This document shows, in pieces, positions 8,894 through 19,184 of a DNA stretch of 64,000 nt. The stretch's first letter is position 1. Every line of letters starts with the position of its first letter. A model generated the notes under the pieces. It was given only the letters and a program-made list of their open reading frames with translations, was not told where the DNA came from and did no database searches. This stretch comes from a virus, in the IMG/VR virus record IMGVR_UViG_3300050491_000011, one strand, 5' to 3'. A program made the position numbers and the translations under genes.

Positions 8894-11074
8894 ATGAATC
8901 CATTTGATCCAACCGATCATTTACCTCAAGAGCGCTACACCATTCCGCCGGAGATGGTTCCGATCAGTGGTTTGAACTCTCAATTCAAATGTGTCTCTGG
9001 TGCCCGTCAGGCAATGTTCACCGGTAACCTGTCCCAAGTATTGATCGTGGATGGCCGTACCCGTAAACGCCAGCAGACTGGGTTGGAACGTGAGATTGCC
9101 AAAGCTACATTTAACCATCAGTTTCCTCGTGAAGCTGTGGTACTGGCAATCATCCCCCGCTTTACATCCCGTAACTTCGGCGATAAGTTCCAGATCAACC
9201 CGTTCGATCTGGTGATCTACGAGGATTGGGAAACGAAAGAACTGGACGTGGTTGAACTCAGCAAGTTTCACGTAATGCACCAGCATTACGGGTTTGAGTT
9301 CGAGTACGATCAGGACGTCTACGACGCCATCACCAAAGGTAAGCGCTTCAAGGCAGGTACTGTAATTGCTCGTTCTCCGGCTGTAACGGATGATGGCGAC
9401 TACATGTACGGTCTGGAAACCAACGTCTGCATGATCTCTGATCCGGCAGGTACTGAAGACGGTGTAAAGATCAGTCAGAGTTATGCCAAGCGTATTCGCT
9501 CGACAGGCTTTGAAAGTCGGATTGCTCGCTTCGGCGGCAGCCATTACCCGATTAACTGGAACGGTAACCTGGAAGAGTACAAACCTATTCCAGACATCGG
9601 TGATTTCATCCAGTCAAACGGTCTGATCTGCGCTTCACGGCCTTTCGATCCAAAGTACGATCCAGTCTACATGACTCGTACTAAGCTGCTTAAACCGCAG
9701 TATGGGTTGGATACACCGCTGTACGGCGTACCTAACGCTCAGGTCGTAGACATCCGAGTCCTTCATAACGATAGGCTGTCTTCCCCGAAACTACCTAAGG
9801 AAATGACTAAACAGTTCCTGAAGTACTACGAGGCTGACCAAGAGTTCTACACCAAGATCGTTAAGACGTGCCTCTGCCGGAAAGGTAACTTCCTGGCTGA
9901 CGACGTTGCAATGTCTCCACGTCTGCGCATCCTCCTGTACGAAGCAATCGCACGTAGCGGTGAGCGTCTGCTGGAAGAAGGCATCTGGCCGAAGAGCAAA
10001 GCCGACCAACTGCGTGTTCGCACGAAGTATCGCGGTGAGATCTTGGATGAGTTCCGTGTGGAAATCATCTATCAGTACAAGACCTCTGTGGGCGAAGGCC
10101 CTAAGGTTACTGACCAATCTGGTGGTAAAGGCGTTACTTCGGCGGTTGCTCCAGACGAAGACATGCCTACTGACGAGAACGGCGTACGCGCCGACGTAGT
10201 GATCTTCTCGAACTCTACGGTAAACCGCCTGAACAACGGTCGTCAGCATACTCAGGTTATCGGCGCTGCTGGTCGTGACATCATCAAACGTGTACGTAAG
10301 TCCTACGGTCTGCCACCTGTTGGCGCGATCGACAAGGCTGAAGTCAAGCGTGTGGTGACGTCTCAGAACAACGTGGCTGTGACCATGAAGAACTTTGCGT
10401 ACATCATCGGCTTCTATAAGCTGGTGGCTCCGGCGATGTACGAACGTCTTACTCGCAACGATATCATTCCGCAAGGTATTCACTTGCAGCATGTAATCGA
10501 AGTGATCATGGACGGTGAAGTTGACCACGGTCTGTTCCTGCAACTCGCTTCCAGTGATGAGGTCTACATGGACCAAGTCATCCGGGAGATCGAGGCTGGT
10601 CCGTACATGCCAGACTTGACTCCGGTTAAGTATCGGAATCTGGCTGGTGAGATGGTAACTACCAAGACCAAGATCCTGATCGGTCCTGACTACTACCTGC
10701 CTTTGGAGAAGACGGCTACCGACGGTTCCGGTGTATCGTCCTCCAAGACAAACCACTTCGGCGTTACTGCCCGTCTGACGAATGCTGACAAGTATTCCAG
10801 CCCTGGCCGTGAAACCGTAACCAAATCTACCGGTGAGTCCGAAGCGCGTAACCACGCTCACGCCTACGGTGCTGAGCCCCTTGCTCACATCATGGACTTG
10901 AACTACAACCCGGTGGTTCACAAAGAAGCCTGTATGACGATCCTCACTCACGAGACACCGACCAACATCGAATGTCTTGTTGACCGTGAGAAGTTTAAGC
11001 TTGGTGGACATCGTCCGCTGGCTTACGTTCGCCACATGATGGCCGTATCTGGTAAGAATATCTCCAGGGAGTAA
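8894..11074 (+). CDS. Non-virion RNA polymerase beta subunit, C-terminal part (phiKZ gp71-73-like), uninterrupted
   Basis: beta-like motifs GTEDG, KVTDQSGGKGV, NRLNNG and GESE; AAGGAG RBS. Confidence 0.9.
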   Translation: MNPFDPTDHLPQERYTIPPEMVPISGLNSQFKCVSGARQAMFTGNLSQVLIVDGRTRKRQQTGLEREIAKATFNHQFPREAVVLAIIPRFTSRNFGDKFQINPFDLVIYEDWETKELDVVELSKFHVMHQHYGFEFEYDQDVYDAITKGKRFKAGTVIARSPAVTDDGDYMYGLETNVCMISDPAGTEDGVKISQSYAKRIRSTGFESRIARFGGSHYPINWNGNLEEYKPIPDIGDFIQSNGLICASRPFDPKYDPVYMTRTKLLKPQYGLDTPLYGVPNAQVVDIRVLHNDRLSSPKLPKEMTKQFLKYYEADQEFYTKIVKTCLCRKGNFLADDVAMSPRLRILLYEAIARSGERLLEEGIWPKSKADQLRVRTKYRGEILDEFRVEIIYQYKTSVGEGPKVTDQSGGKGVTSAVAPDEDMPTDENGVRADVVIFSNSTVNRLNNGRQHTQVIGAAGRDIIKRVRKSYGLPPVGAIDKAEVKRVVTSQNNVAVTMKNFAYIIGFYKLVAPAMYERLTRNDIIPQGIHLQHVIEVIMDGEVDHGLFLQLASSDEVYMDQVIREIEAGPYMPDLTPVKYRNLAGEMVTTKTKILIGPDYYLPLEKTATDGSGVSSSKTNHFGVTARLTNADKYSSPGRETVTKSTGESEARNHAHAYGAEPLAHIMDLNYNPVVHKEACMTILTHETPTNIECLVDREKFKLGGHRPLAYVRHMMAVSGKNISRE

Positions 11075-11105
11075 TCCCTGGCGGTACAACGTAGGAGCGT
11101 GTTAA

Positions 11106-13085
11106 TTGGCAAGTCACCGTCGATTCAGAGCCCGTGATCTGTTCGAACAAATGGTACATCTTTGGCCGTGTAAAGAATACGAGGAGTTCATCCTCGAGTT
11201 TGATGACGGCGATACGATGACCACCACAACAATCAATACCCAGATCTCCCGCAAGCTCTGGTTGCCACACGAGGTGTACAACAAACTCGGCATCTATAAA
11301 CGTCACCACATCGGTAACGGTTCGATGTCCAATGAACGCATCCATGAAGTACAGGCTGCGATCACTGAAGACATGTACAACACGTACGGTGAGAAAGGCT
11401 TTAACCGTGAAGAGTTGTGGCGACACAACTATTACGGCACCAACCGTCTGTACAACGAATCGATCATCGAGTATGCGGCGTATGTTCGCGGCAGTAACTC
11501 GTTCGACTTCAGCCATCTGTACGAGTATCCGCCAATCCACAAGATCCGGACCGAATGTAAGCCTAACAAGCTATCAATCGAGAAGGCTTACGATGCGGCG
11601 AAGTTGGTTCTGGAACGTGACCCTGCATTGGCACGTAACGTAATCATCTCTGACCTGCGGGCTGGTCTGCTCAAGATGGAGCAGTTGCTTCAGATCCTCA
11701 TCGTGCGTGGCTACAACACCGACATCGATGGGCACGTATACAGCAAACCAATCATGGGCAACTACTTCGCAGGGATTCATGATCCAGCTGAAGCCATGAT
11801 GGAATCCACACTGGCCGCTAAGGCTATCATCTTTACTGGTGCGCCGCTCGAACAAACCGAGTATGCAAACCGGAAGATGCAGTTCACTACCCAGCAGGTT
11901 GACTTGCTGGTAATGGCTGACTGTGGATCGACTGAGTACGGAGAGATTGAGATCACCAAGTTCAGGTTCAAAGCCATGGACGGTCTCAACTATCTCGATC
12001 CTGATACCAACAAGCTGAAACCCCTGCGGATGGCTGACACTCACCTGATCGGTGAGACACGCAAGTTCCGTCTGGCGTTCAACTGTAAGTACCGGCATCA
12101 CAACAACGTCTGCAAGATGTGCTACGGCTTGCTGGCGTATAACGTGCCGTTCGGTGCTAACATCGGCCACATCGCATCTACAATGACCCAATCGGAAGTA
12201 TCTCAGGCAGTGTTGAAGGTTAAGCACTCTGAGGCGTCTGCTTCTTCTGATCCGATCATCATTCAAGATGAAGAAAGACCGTACATCCTCCCAGCATCTG
12301 AAGGTCACCAGATTCGTCTGAACCCAAGGCTGGGCGTTAAGGGTATTCCGCTGATGCTTCGCGGTGGTTACTCTCAGGGTGTTCACAACGCATCGAAGCT
12401 GCCTGTACTGAAACGTAACGATCTGCGTGCTGGCGTAAACATCGCCAAGTTCAGTCAGTTCCGTGAAGTCAGCTTTGAGCTGCCTAGCGAGAACAAGCAG
12501 TCGAACCGGGTACACGTCACGGTATCCCGTGGCGCTCGCATGTCGAACCTGACTCGTGAGTTCCTGGACTACTTCCTGAAGAAAGGCTTCCGAATCGATG
12601 ATGATGGTTATTATCGGATTGATCTGAAGGATTGGAACTTCGACCTGCCAGCCTTTGAAATGCCAAACCGTCACGGTAGCATGAAGGATCACGCAGCAGT
12701 AGTGGAAGTAATGATCCGCTCTACTCGTGACTCTAACCAGCGTCACCTCGGCCGGTTGAAGCAACTCAAGGACTATGCTAACCCAACTGAAGCAATGTTG
12801 GATACGCATGAACTGATCGCGCTGAAGGTTCCTGTTCACTTCACCCACGTCGCTATTGTGTTGCTGTCTATGATGGTATCCAGTACGAAGTCCGGTGATT
12901 ACAGGATTCCACCTCTGGGCGAACCTACACGGTTTGCTAAATACGATCACGTAATCAGTGGTCGTTCCATGGGTGCGTTCTTCGCCTATCAGGGTGGTCG
13001 TAACCTGCTAGATACACTTGAGCAGTACATGATGAACGAACGGGAACAACATCTGCTTGATCCACTGCTGATGCCCGGCTGGTAA
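11106..13085 (+). CDS. Non-virion RNA polymerase beta' subunit, C-terminal part (phiKZ gp74-like)
   Basis: TTG start with AGGAG RBS; bridge-helix-like TEYANRKMQ, DCGS, Zn site CKY...CKMCYG and trigger-loop-like SEVSQAVLKVKH. Confidence 0.9.
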   Translation: MASHRRFRARDLFEQMVHLWPCKEYEEFILEFDDGDTMTTTTINTQISRKLWLPHEVYNKLGIYKRHHIGNGSMSNERIHEVQAAITEDMYNTYGEKGFNREELWRHNYYGTNRLYNESIIEYAAYVRGSNSFDFSHLYEYPPIHKIRTECKPNKLSIEKAYDAAKLVLERDPALARNVIISDLRAGLLKMEQLLQILIVRGYNTDIDGHVYSKPIMGNYFAGIHDPAEAMMESTLAAKAIIFTGAPLEQTEYANRKMQFTTQQVDLLVMADCGSTEYGEIEITKFRFKAMDGLNYLDPDTNKLKPLRMADTHLIGETRKFRLAFNCKYRHHNNVCKMCYGLLAYNVPFGANIGHIASTMTQSEVSQAVLKVKHSEASASSDPIIIQDEERPYILPASEGHQIRLNPRLGVKGIPLMLRGGYSQGVHNASKLPVLKRNDLRAGVNIAKFSQFREVSFELPSENKQSNRVHVTVSRGARMSNLTREFLDYFLKKGFRIDDDGYYRIDLKDWNFDLPAFEMPNRHGSMKDHAAVVEVMIRSTRDSNQRHLGRLKQLKDYANPTEAMLDTHELIALKVPVHFTHVAIVLLSMMVSSTKSGDYRIPPLGEPTRFAKYDHVISGRSMGAFFAYQGGRNLLDTLEQYMMNEREQHLLDPLLMPGW

Positions 13086-13099
13086 TTGACAAACATATC

Positions 13100-13124
13100 G
13101 GCGGGGTAATCCCCGCCTTTATGC
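13100..13124 (+). terminator. Stem-loop GGCGGGG-TAAT-CCCCGCC followed by TTTATGC
   Basis: Perfect stem after a stop codon; member of the hairpin family. Confidence 0.7.
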
Positions 13125-13147
13125 TCCAATTTATAAGAGAGGTTGTA

Positions 13148-13564
13148 ATGGCTAAGCAACAATTTGTATCTGTAAGGTTTGAAGGGGATAGCGCCTCGAC
13201 TCTCTTCAGCGGAGTCGTTTATAAGAAGCTACCCGTTAAAGACGATGCGTTACGTTTCCTACATATCGAACGTAAAGGCAACACTAACTTCATCTTCGAT
13301 GCTACCCGCGCCGTAGACGAGCTTCCAGACTCTCTGGCGATAACTTGGGAACGTGAAGGTGCCGGCGCAACATTCACACTGGCCGAGCGTAAGTACGCGG
13401 TCAGCATCTATACGGTAATTGATGTTGAGCGTGACAGCCCGTTCTACTTCCTTGACGAACTTCCTGACGGCACATGGCGTCTATGCCACAGCAAGTTCTT
13501 TATCCCATGGCATCATGATTGCGTAGAAACAATCACAATCCAGAAGGTCCAATACACTGACTGA
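13148..13564 (+). CDS. Hypothetical protein
   Basis: ORF with GAGGT RBS before ATG 13148. Confidence 0.65.
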   Translation: MAKQQFVSVRFEGDSASTLFSGVVYKKLPVKDDALRFLHIERKGNTNFIFDATRAVDELPDSLAITWEREGAGATFTLAERKYAVSIYTVIDVERDSPFYFLDELPDGTWRLCHSKFFIPWHHDCVETITIQKVQYTD

Positions 13565-13592
13565 GTTGTCCAAGGAAGTCCAGTAGTGTCCG

Positions 13593-13612
13593 AGGCGGAG
13601 TGATCTCCGCCT
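13593..13612 (+). terminator. Stem-loop AGGCGGAG-TGAT-CTCCGCCT
   Basis: Perfect 8-bp stem, intergenic. Confidence 0.55.
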
Positions 13613-13715
13613 TAACTCTGGGTTTTCTTTTGTGGTAAGAACTAACTAGAGACGTATATCTATTATAGGCGAAGTGTGCCGTAAACGCACTAGGTAGATA
13701 TTTGGGGAGAACGTC

Positions 13716-15236
13716 TTGAAGATCGACGTCTATAGCCATTCGTTCATGGTCAGTGATTTGAACGAGCGACAGAAGAAAGCCGTCGAACAGTTCTGCAAAA
13801 CACTCATCCAGCATGAGATGGTTATTGAAGACGGCCGTAAGGAAATGGTGGCTGCACGGGTGTTCGCATCCTCTACAGCTGCCAGACAGTACTACCGTTT
13901 CCACATCAACATGAAGGTAGAATTCTTCCAGACCCTGAACTACAACTTCATTAAGTCTGATGAATTCACAATCGTTAAGCACGATAACACTCCAACGGAT
14001 CGCTTCAAGGTTGAACATGAAGTAATCCACTTGTGGCCACCCCGTCATCCTCAACCGGCTATCATTAACCACGTTGTGAATGAGGAGGGTAGTAACAAGG
14101 TCGTAACCCTCCAGACTGGTAAGGGTAAGACGGAGCTGACGAAGCACTGCATGCACCAACTGGGGCTACGCACTGCTATCTTCATGAAGGGTGGTTATCT
14201 AGACCGTTGGGTGCCTGACCTTGAGTCATCATTCAAACTGAAGCGCGGTCAACTCCTTGTTGTCCGAGGAAGTCCAGCGCTGAAGGGTCTGATGGAAATG
14301 GTGCTGGAGAAGCGTGACATCGGTAAGGTCATCCTTATCTCCACAAACACCTACGTCAACTACATCAAGGAATTCGAAGCGGAAGGGTACGATTCAGGTT
14401 TCCCTATCGCTCCTATCGACTTCTTTGAGATGTGCGGTATCGGTTTCGGTGTACTCGATGAGGGTCACCAATATCCACACGCCATCATGAAATTCTTCGC
14501 GTACATGAACATCCACAAGTTCCTGACCTTGTCTGCAACACTCGACACCAAAGACAAGTTCATGAACAAAATGTACGAGATCATGTACCCAAGGCCTGCT
14601 CGATATAACGGGGATTATTACGATGCGTTCATTGACGTGTCGGCAATCATCTACCAGTTGAGTAACGCCAAAGCGATTCGATGTAAGGGGTTCGGTGGAG
14701 CGTACAGCCACACGGCTTTCGAAGCGTCACTGATGTTGGCAAAGAACAAGAAGCTTCTTGAGAAGTATCTTGAGATGATTGCGTACTACCTCCAGACGGA
14801 CTTCGTCGATGTAATGGAGAAAGGACAAAAGTCAATCGTATTCTGCGCTACCATCAAACTCTGTACGATACTGACTAAGTTCTTGCAAAAGAAGTTCCCG
14901 AAGCTGCTCGTAGCTCGCTACGTGTCCGGGGACAAGATGTCTGTGTTGGAGCGCTCAGACATCGGCGTTAGTACAGTACTATCGGCAGGTACTGCGGTAG
15001 ACATCAAGAACCTCCGCTATAACCTGATGACAACTGCAATCGATTCGCAGCAATCGAACGAACAAACCTTGGGACGTACACGTCTGCTGAAAGACTGGCC
15101 TGACATTACTCCACGGTTCCGTTACTTCGTTTGCAGCAGCATTGAGAAGCACATGCTCTACCATCGCAACAAGCTTGACTACTTTAAAGGGAAGGTTAAG
15201 TCCCACGGTCAAGAGCAATCACCTTTCTACATTTAA
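13716..15236 (+). CDS. SF2 (DExH) helicase (phiKZ gp75-like)
   Basis: Motif I TGKGKT, motif II DEGH, motif III SAT, motif VI QTLGRTR; TTG start with GGGGAG RBS. Confidence 0.9.
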   Translation: MKIDVYSHSFMVSDLNERQKKAVEQFCKTLIQHEMVIEDGRKEMVAARVFASSTAARQYYRFHINMKVEFFQTLNYNFIKSDEFTIVKHDNTPTDRFKVEHEVIHLWPPRHPQPAIINHVVNEEGSNKVVTLQTGKGKTELTKHCMHQLGLRTAIFMKGGYLDRWVPDLESSFKLKRGQLLVVRGSPALKGLMEMVLEKRDIGKVILISTNTYVNYIKEFEAEGYDSGFPIAPIDFFEMCGIGFGVLDEGHQYPHAIMKFFAYMNIHKFLTLSATLDTKDKFMNKMYEIMYPRPARYNGDYYDAFIDVSAIIYQLSNAKAIRCKGFGGAYSHTAFEASLMLAKNKKLLEKYLEMIAYYLQTDFVDVMEKGQKSIVFCATIKLCTILTKFLQKKFPKLLVARYVSGDKMSVLERSDIGVSTVLSAGTAVDIKNLRYNLMTTAIDSQQSNEQTLGRTRLLKDWPDITPRFRYFVCSSIEKHMLYHRNKLDYFKGKVKSHGQEQSPFYI

Positions 15237-15239
15237 GAA

Positions 15240-15265
15240 GCGGGGAGAAATCCCCGCCTTTATGT
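15240..15265 (+). terminator. Stem-loop GCGGGGA-GAAA-TCCCCGC followed by CTTTATG
   Basis: GNRA-loop hairpin right after the helicase stop. Confidence 0.7.
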
Positions 15266-15282
15266 CCCCTTAGGAGGAAAAG

Positions 15283-15486
15283 ATGTCTCTGAATCAACTC
15301 ACCATGAAAGCTGAATACGTATTCAGTTCTATCGATCCTAATCGTGTACTGAGCGATGAATCAAAGCTTTACATGATTCACCGTCGAGCGCTTGTTCGTG
15401 GTGACGCTAAGGCTTGGGAGATCGATAACGAGGTTATCGCCAAGCGCACTACTCTGGCCGAACACTATTCGCTGGAGGATTACTGA
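15283..15486 (+). CDS. Hypothetical protein
   Basis: Strong AGGAGG RBS; 67 aa; stop overlaps the next start. Confidence 0.7.
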   Translation: MSLNQLTMKAEYVFSSIDPNRVLSDESKLYMIHRRALVRGDAKAWEIDNEVIAKRTTLAEHYSLEDY

Positions 15487-15869
15487 TGGCAGTGCTACTG
15501 ACCAATTCTACCGTAGTTGGGTTAGATGACATCCCAGAAGAGCTTTATCCCGGAGGTCCTGAATTCAAGGTCCACGTAGCCTTCTATCTGTCGAGTGTAA
15601 CCATCACACTTGTTAACCCGATGAATGGGATCATGCTCCGAGATAAGTTCACCGAGACGCGTACGAAGCTGTTGCGTGACCATCTCCACCCACTGCGTGA
15701 GAACGCCTTACTCACTAAGGCTCAGTTCATGTGTGAAGTGGAACGTATGACAGAAGTATTCTTCTGTCGTCTGCGGGAATACAAAGGGTTCATCGGTATC
15801 AACAGAACCGGAATGCATGATACAAACACCTACGACGAAGAATCTGAAACAAACGGGGAACGTGTATGA
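15486..15869 (+). CDS. Hypothetical protein
   Basis: GGAGG RBS; TGATG overlap with the previous gene. Confidence 0.7.
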   Translation: MAVLLTNSTVVGLDDIPEELYPGGPEFKVHVAFYLSSVTITLVNPMNGIMLRDKFTETRTKLLRDHLHPLRENALLTKAQFMCEVERMTEVFFCRLREYKGFIGINRTGMHDTNTYDEESETNGERV

Positions 15870-16126
15870 AGAATGAAATGGTTACAATCGAAGTACCTGA
15901 ACTGAATGAGTATCGTCAGATCGGTGAAATTATCTCAAGGGTGATTGGTGTAGAGATCGACGAGGGGAAGATGCTTGAGCTGATGACTACCCTCAACTAC
16001 CACAAGTACAACATCCTCAAGATGACTCAGACCCCTGAGCAGGTTGCTGAGATGGCTAAGTACTTGCTGGCTAAAGGTGGTGCGCAAGATCGACCGGTCG
16101 ATTGGCCGAAGTTTGTAAGAGAATAG
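15866..16126 (+). CDS. Hypothetical protein
   Basis: ATGA overlap with the previous gene; ends before a terminator. Confidence 0.7.
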   Translation: MKNEMVTIEVPELNEYRQIGEIISRVIGVEIDEGKMLELMTTLNYHKYNILKMTQTPEQVAEMAKYLLAKGGAQDRPVDWPKFVRE

Positions 16127-16133
16127 TAAACAG

Positions 16134-16179
16134 CATAAAGCCCGGCATTGAGCCGGGCTTTATGTCACTCTTTTTTTTT
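16134..16179. terminator. Terminator CATAAAGCCCGGC-ATTGA-GCCGGGCTTTATG plus T-tract
   Basis: 13-bp perfect stem between convergent genes; near-identical copy at 44795. Confidence 0.85.
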
Positions 16180-16185
16180 GCCGTA

Positions 16186-17892
16186 TTACTGAGCGTCAGC
16201 GTAGTACAGGATCACGTTCTGACGTTCTTCTTCGTTCGGCACGTAGCGCAGGATCTGGTCGAGCTTGTAGATCTTGGCTTCACGCTGACGGGTGCCTGGA
16301 GCGCGGGTGGTGATCAGCAACGATACCAGGTCTTCGAAGGTCAGTGCAGCAGACTTCGAAATACCCAGCTGGTTGTAACCACGGCGTGCAATTTCCGGCA
16401 GGAACAGCAGGGTGTAGTTGGTGTTGATGAAGTCCAGCAGGATGTTCCAGCCTTCTGTGAAGCCGACGCTGTCACGAGCCATCACTTGACGGATAGCTTT
16501 GTACAGCATGACTTGCGCTTTGCCGGCGGTATCGTCGGACAGGTTCTTGCCGTACTTGGACATTACGTCCTTGTATTCGTCAAGCTTGGATTTCAGCAGG
16601 ATGTTGTCCATGGATGCTTCCGTTGGAGTTTCAGCGAGGGTTTCGAGAATGCGTTGACCGCTGAACTCGTTGGACAGACCCAGACGAGCCTTCAGGCTGT
16701 CGACCAGATCTTCTTTCGGGAGATCAGTTTCGATCTGACCCAGCAGAGCCGAACGCAGTTCGAGGTGAGTCCACTGGGAAGCGGTCTTACGCTCGCGCAT
16801 GCGGTCTTCGATCAGAACGCCATGTTCGGTAACGGCTGGTTGCTCGCCGCTCTGTACGAACGCCTTGACGGCTTCGTGAGTCCAGTTGTTCGGCAGGCGA
16901 TAGCGTTTGTAGAGCTCATCGTAGATCAGCTCTTCGTCCATGCCCTTTGGAGTCAGGATCAGACCATCGACCCAGTCGGCCAGTTCGCCGCCAGTCCAGT
17001 TGATCATGGATTGACCACGACGCAAGTCGATAGGCCAGCTACCACGAGCAGTCTTGGTTGGTTGAGCTTTGGTTTCGACGTAGGTCAGCAGGGTGTCGCG
17101 ATCCCAGGCAGCCAGAGCATCAGCAGGCAGAACGCCGGTCAGAGTTGCACGCAGGCCTTCCAGAGAGGTAGGTTCGGCAGGAGTCGGATCTTCTTCTTCG
17201 TCAGGCTGCGCTTCGTCTTCTTCATCGACCTTGGCGTCTTCTTCGTCTTCAGCTTCCGGCGGAGGCTCGACAGGATCGACTTCGTCCACCGAAGAATCGG
17301 ATTCGACCGCGACTTCTTCAGCTGGTTCAACGATTTCGGCTGGTTCTTCAACCACATCACCAGCGGCCAGTTGCGCAGCAGCGGCAGCAGCTTCTTCGTC
17401 GAGAGCAGTGGTGAGGTCTTTGGCAGCGTCTTCGATGCTGACTTTCTCAGCCGCCGGGTCCATCTGTTCGATGTAACCGACCTTGGAAGCATCGATAGCC
17501 GCTTGCTCGTCTTCAACCGATTCTTCGGCAGGCTTGACTTCTTCTTCGTCAGCCATCAGTAGGCGAACCATTTCAACGGTGTTGGCTTCGCCTGCTTCGT
17601 CGAAGAAGTATTCCTTGAACAGACTGGTCACGTCAGCATCGAAGTGGTCAGTACCCAGGGAATCCTGATCAGCAACTGCCGCCAACTGGTCTTCGACAGC
17701 GCGTTTCAGGAACGCAGCGTCGGTGCCATTGGTATCCGCCGGCTCATCGCCCTCAGCTACGTCTACCGGCTCTTCAGAGCCTTCCTGTGCAACGATCGGA
17801 GCTACTTGCTCCGGTTGTGCCTGTTCTTGCTGCTGATCGACTACAGGAGTCTCAGGAGCGTTCTGATCAACAGCGTCGTTGTTCTGTTCCAT
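16186..17892 (-). CDS. Probable virion/head protein with a very acidic N-terminal half and an internally repeated C-terminal domain
   Basis: 568 aa; E/D/A/P-rich N-terminus with SxE motifs; follows the vRNAP subunit gene on the same strand. Confidence 0.7.
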   Translation of the reverse strand: MEQNNDAVDQNAPETPVVDQQQEQAQPEQVAPIVAQEGSEEPVDVAEGDEPADTNGTDAAFLKRAVEDQLAAVADQDSLGTDHFDADVTSLFKEYFFDEAGEANTVEMVRLLMADEEEVKPAEESVEDEQAAIDASKVGYIEQMDPAAEKVSIEDAAKDLTTALDEEAAAAAAQLAAGDVVEEPAEIVEPAEEVAVESDSSVDEVDPVEPPPEAEDEEDAKVDEEDEAQPDEEEDPTPAEPTSLEGLRATLTGVLPADALAAWDRDTLLTYVETKAQPTKTARGSWPIDLRRGQSMINWTGGELADWVDGLILTPKGMDEELIYDELYKRYRLPNNWTHEAVKAFVQSGEQPAVTEHGVLIEDRMRERKTASQWTHLELRSALLGQIETDLPKEDLVDSLKARLGLSNEFSGQRILETLAETPTEASMDNILLKSKLDEYKDVMSKYGKNLSDDTAGKAQVMLYKAIRQVMARDSVGFTEGWNILLDFINTNYTLLFLPEIARRGYNQLGISKSAALTFEDLVSLLITTRAPGTRQREAKIYKLDQILRYVPNEEERQNVILYYADAQ

Positions 17893-17897
17893 GGGGA

Positions 17898-19184
17898 TTA
17901 GTTCCTAAGGAATGTCTCTAAGAAGAGAGGAGTTGTTTTGAGTTCTTTAGCGTGAGCAGAACCCATCATTACGGCCATCATCGTGGAAGGGATCTCACCT
18001 ACCATCGAACCGATGGAATCAGGATAAGCGGAGAGCTTATCACCGAAGCACACCTCACAGCAGTCTGTGCGTGGAGTGATGCAGAACGCCGGACTGAACA
18101 TAGGGTAGACTTTACCCAAGTACTGACCGATGTTTTCGGCAGACAGCTTAACCGATTCCTTGCCGTCAACAATGGTGCGGCCAATGAGGTCTTCACTGAC
18201 CTTAATGTCAAGCTGATCGGTAGTACCGCAGAAGCCCTTAACTACACGGGCGTTCTGGAAGATACGACCCATCAAGTCCACGTCCTCACCGGCGAGTGCA
18301 GTCATCGCACCCCGGAAGTAAGAACCAGCACGCAACGAGTTCACCATGTGAGGGAACTTGGTTACGTCCAGACCTTCTTGAAGAGAAGTAGTAACGAGCG
18401 TTGCACGCCCACCTTCTTCGAAGCCGGCTTCAGGACCGTGAATCTGGAACATTCGTTTCAAAGCAGTGTTCAAGGATTTACGTTTGTACAGGAAGCCCTC
18501 AGACGGATCACCTTTAAGGTTGTCCGAATAGTCCTTAACCAACGCATCCTGAATACGTGCCTGAATAACTGGGTCGTCCAGCTGATCCTTATACAGCTCC
18601 AGCATTTCCTTCAGGATCTTATCCCGATTAGGAGACGGCTGAAGAGCATGCTCAGTAACGGATGGAACAAACATCTCGTAACCGGCCAAGTCAGATACAG
18701 CCTTACCGAAGCGCAGATAATGGCGGACGTAGATCACACCCGGCTTCTCTGGGACTTCGTTGTCAATCATCGCACCGATGATGAACCGCTCCAGACCACC
18801 GAGGTTGATTGGACCTTCGGCGTATTCAAACAGATCACCACCAGCGTAAACCAGAACACGGCTATTGAATAGCAGGTCACCCCAAGTACCGTCGGGAAGA
18901 TCCTTGGTCAGGTTCTCCACATCGCCAGCCTTGATAGGCCCGCAGGAGTCGTGATAGATGTAAGGGATCTCGTAAGGCTTAGCACCCTCCAGAACCGTCC
19001 AGCCCCACTTACCGTCACCATCAGGTACGTATACCTGAACGTTCTCCTTGGTGTGCTTCAAGCCCCACTGGAGGTCACCGTTCTTAACGTCGTCGATAAC
19101 GACGGAGAAGGCACGTAAGATCCACGCACGATTGTAGTGGACCTTTGCCTTCATCGATTGGATGAAGAAATCATACTTCCGCAT
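17898..19184 (-). CDS. Virion RNA polymerase beta' middle subunit (phiKZ gp80-like)
   Basis: Bridge-helix-like RGAMTALAG..., FCGT, Zn site SPAFC...CCEVCFG and trigger-loop-like MMGSAH. Confidence 0.85.
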   Translation of the reverse strand: MRKYDFFIQSMKAKVHYNRAWILRAFSVVIDDVKNGDLQWGLKHTKENVQVYVPDGDGKWGWTVLEGAKPYEIPYIYHDSCGPIKAGDVENLTKDLPDGTWGDLLFNSRVLVYAGGDLFEYAEGPINLGGLERFIIGAMIDNEVPEKPGVIYVRHYLRFGKAVSDLAGYEMFVPSVTEHALQPSPNRDKILKEMLELYKDQLDDPVIQARIQDALVKDYSDNLKGDPSEGFLYKRKSLNTALKRMFQIHGPEAGFEEGGRATLVTTSLQEGLDVTKFPHMVNSLRAGSYFRGAMTALAGEDVDLMGRIFQNARVVKGFCGTTDQLDIKVSEDLIGRTIVDGKESVKLSAENIGQYLGKVYPMFSPAFCITPRTDCCEVCFGDKLSAYPDSIGSMVGEIPSTMMAVMMGSAHAKELKTTPLFLETFLRN

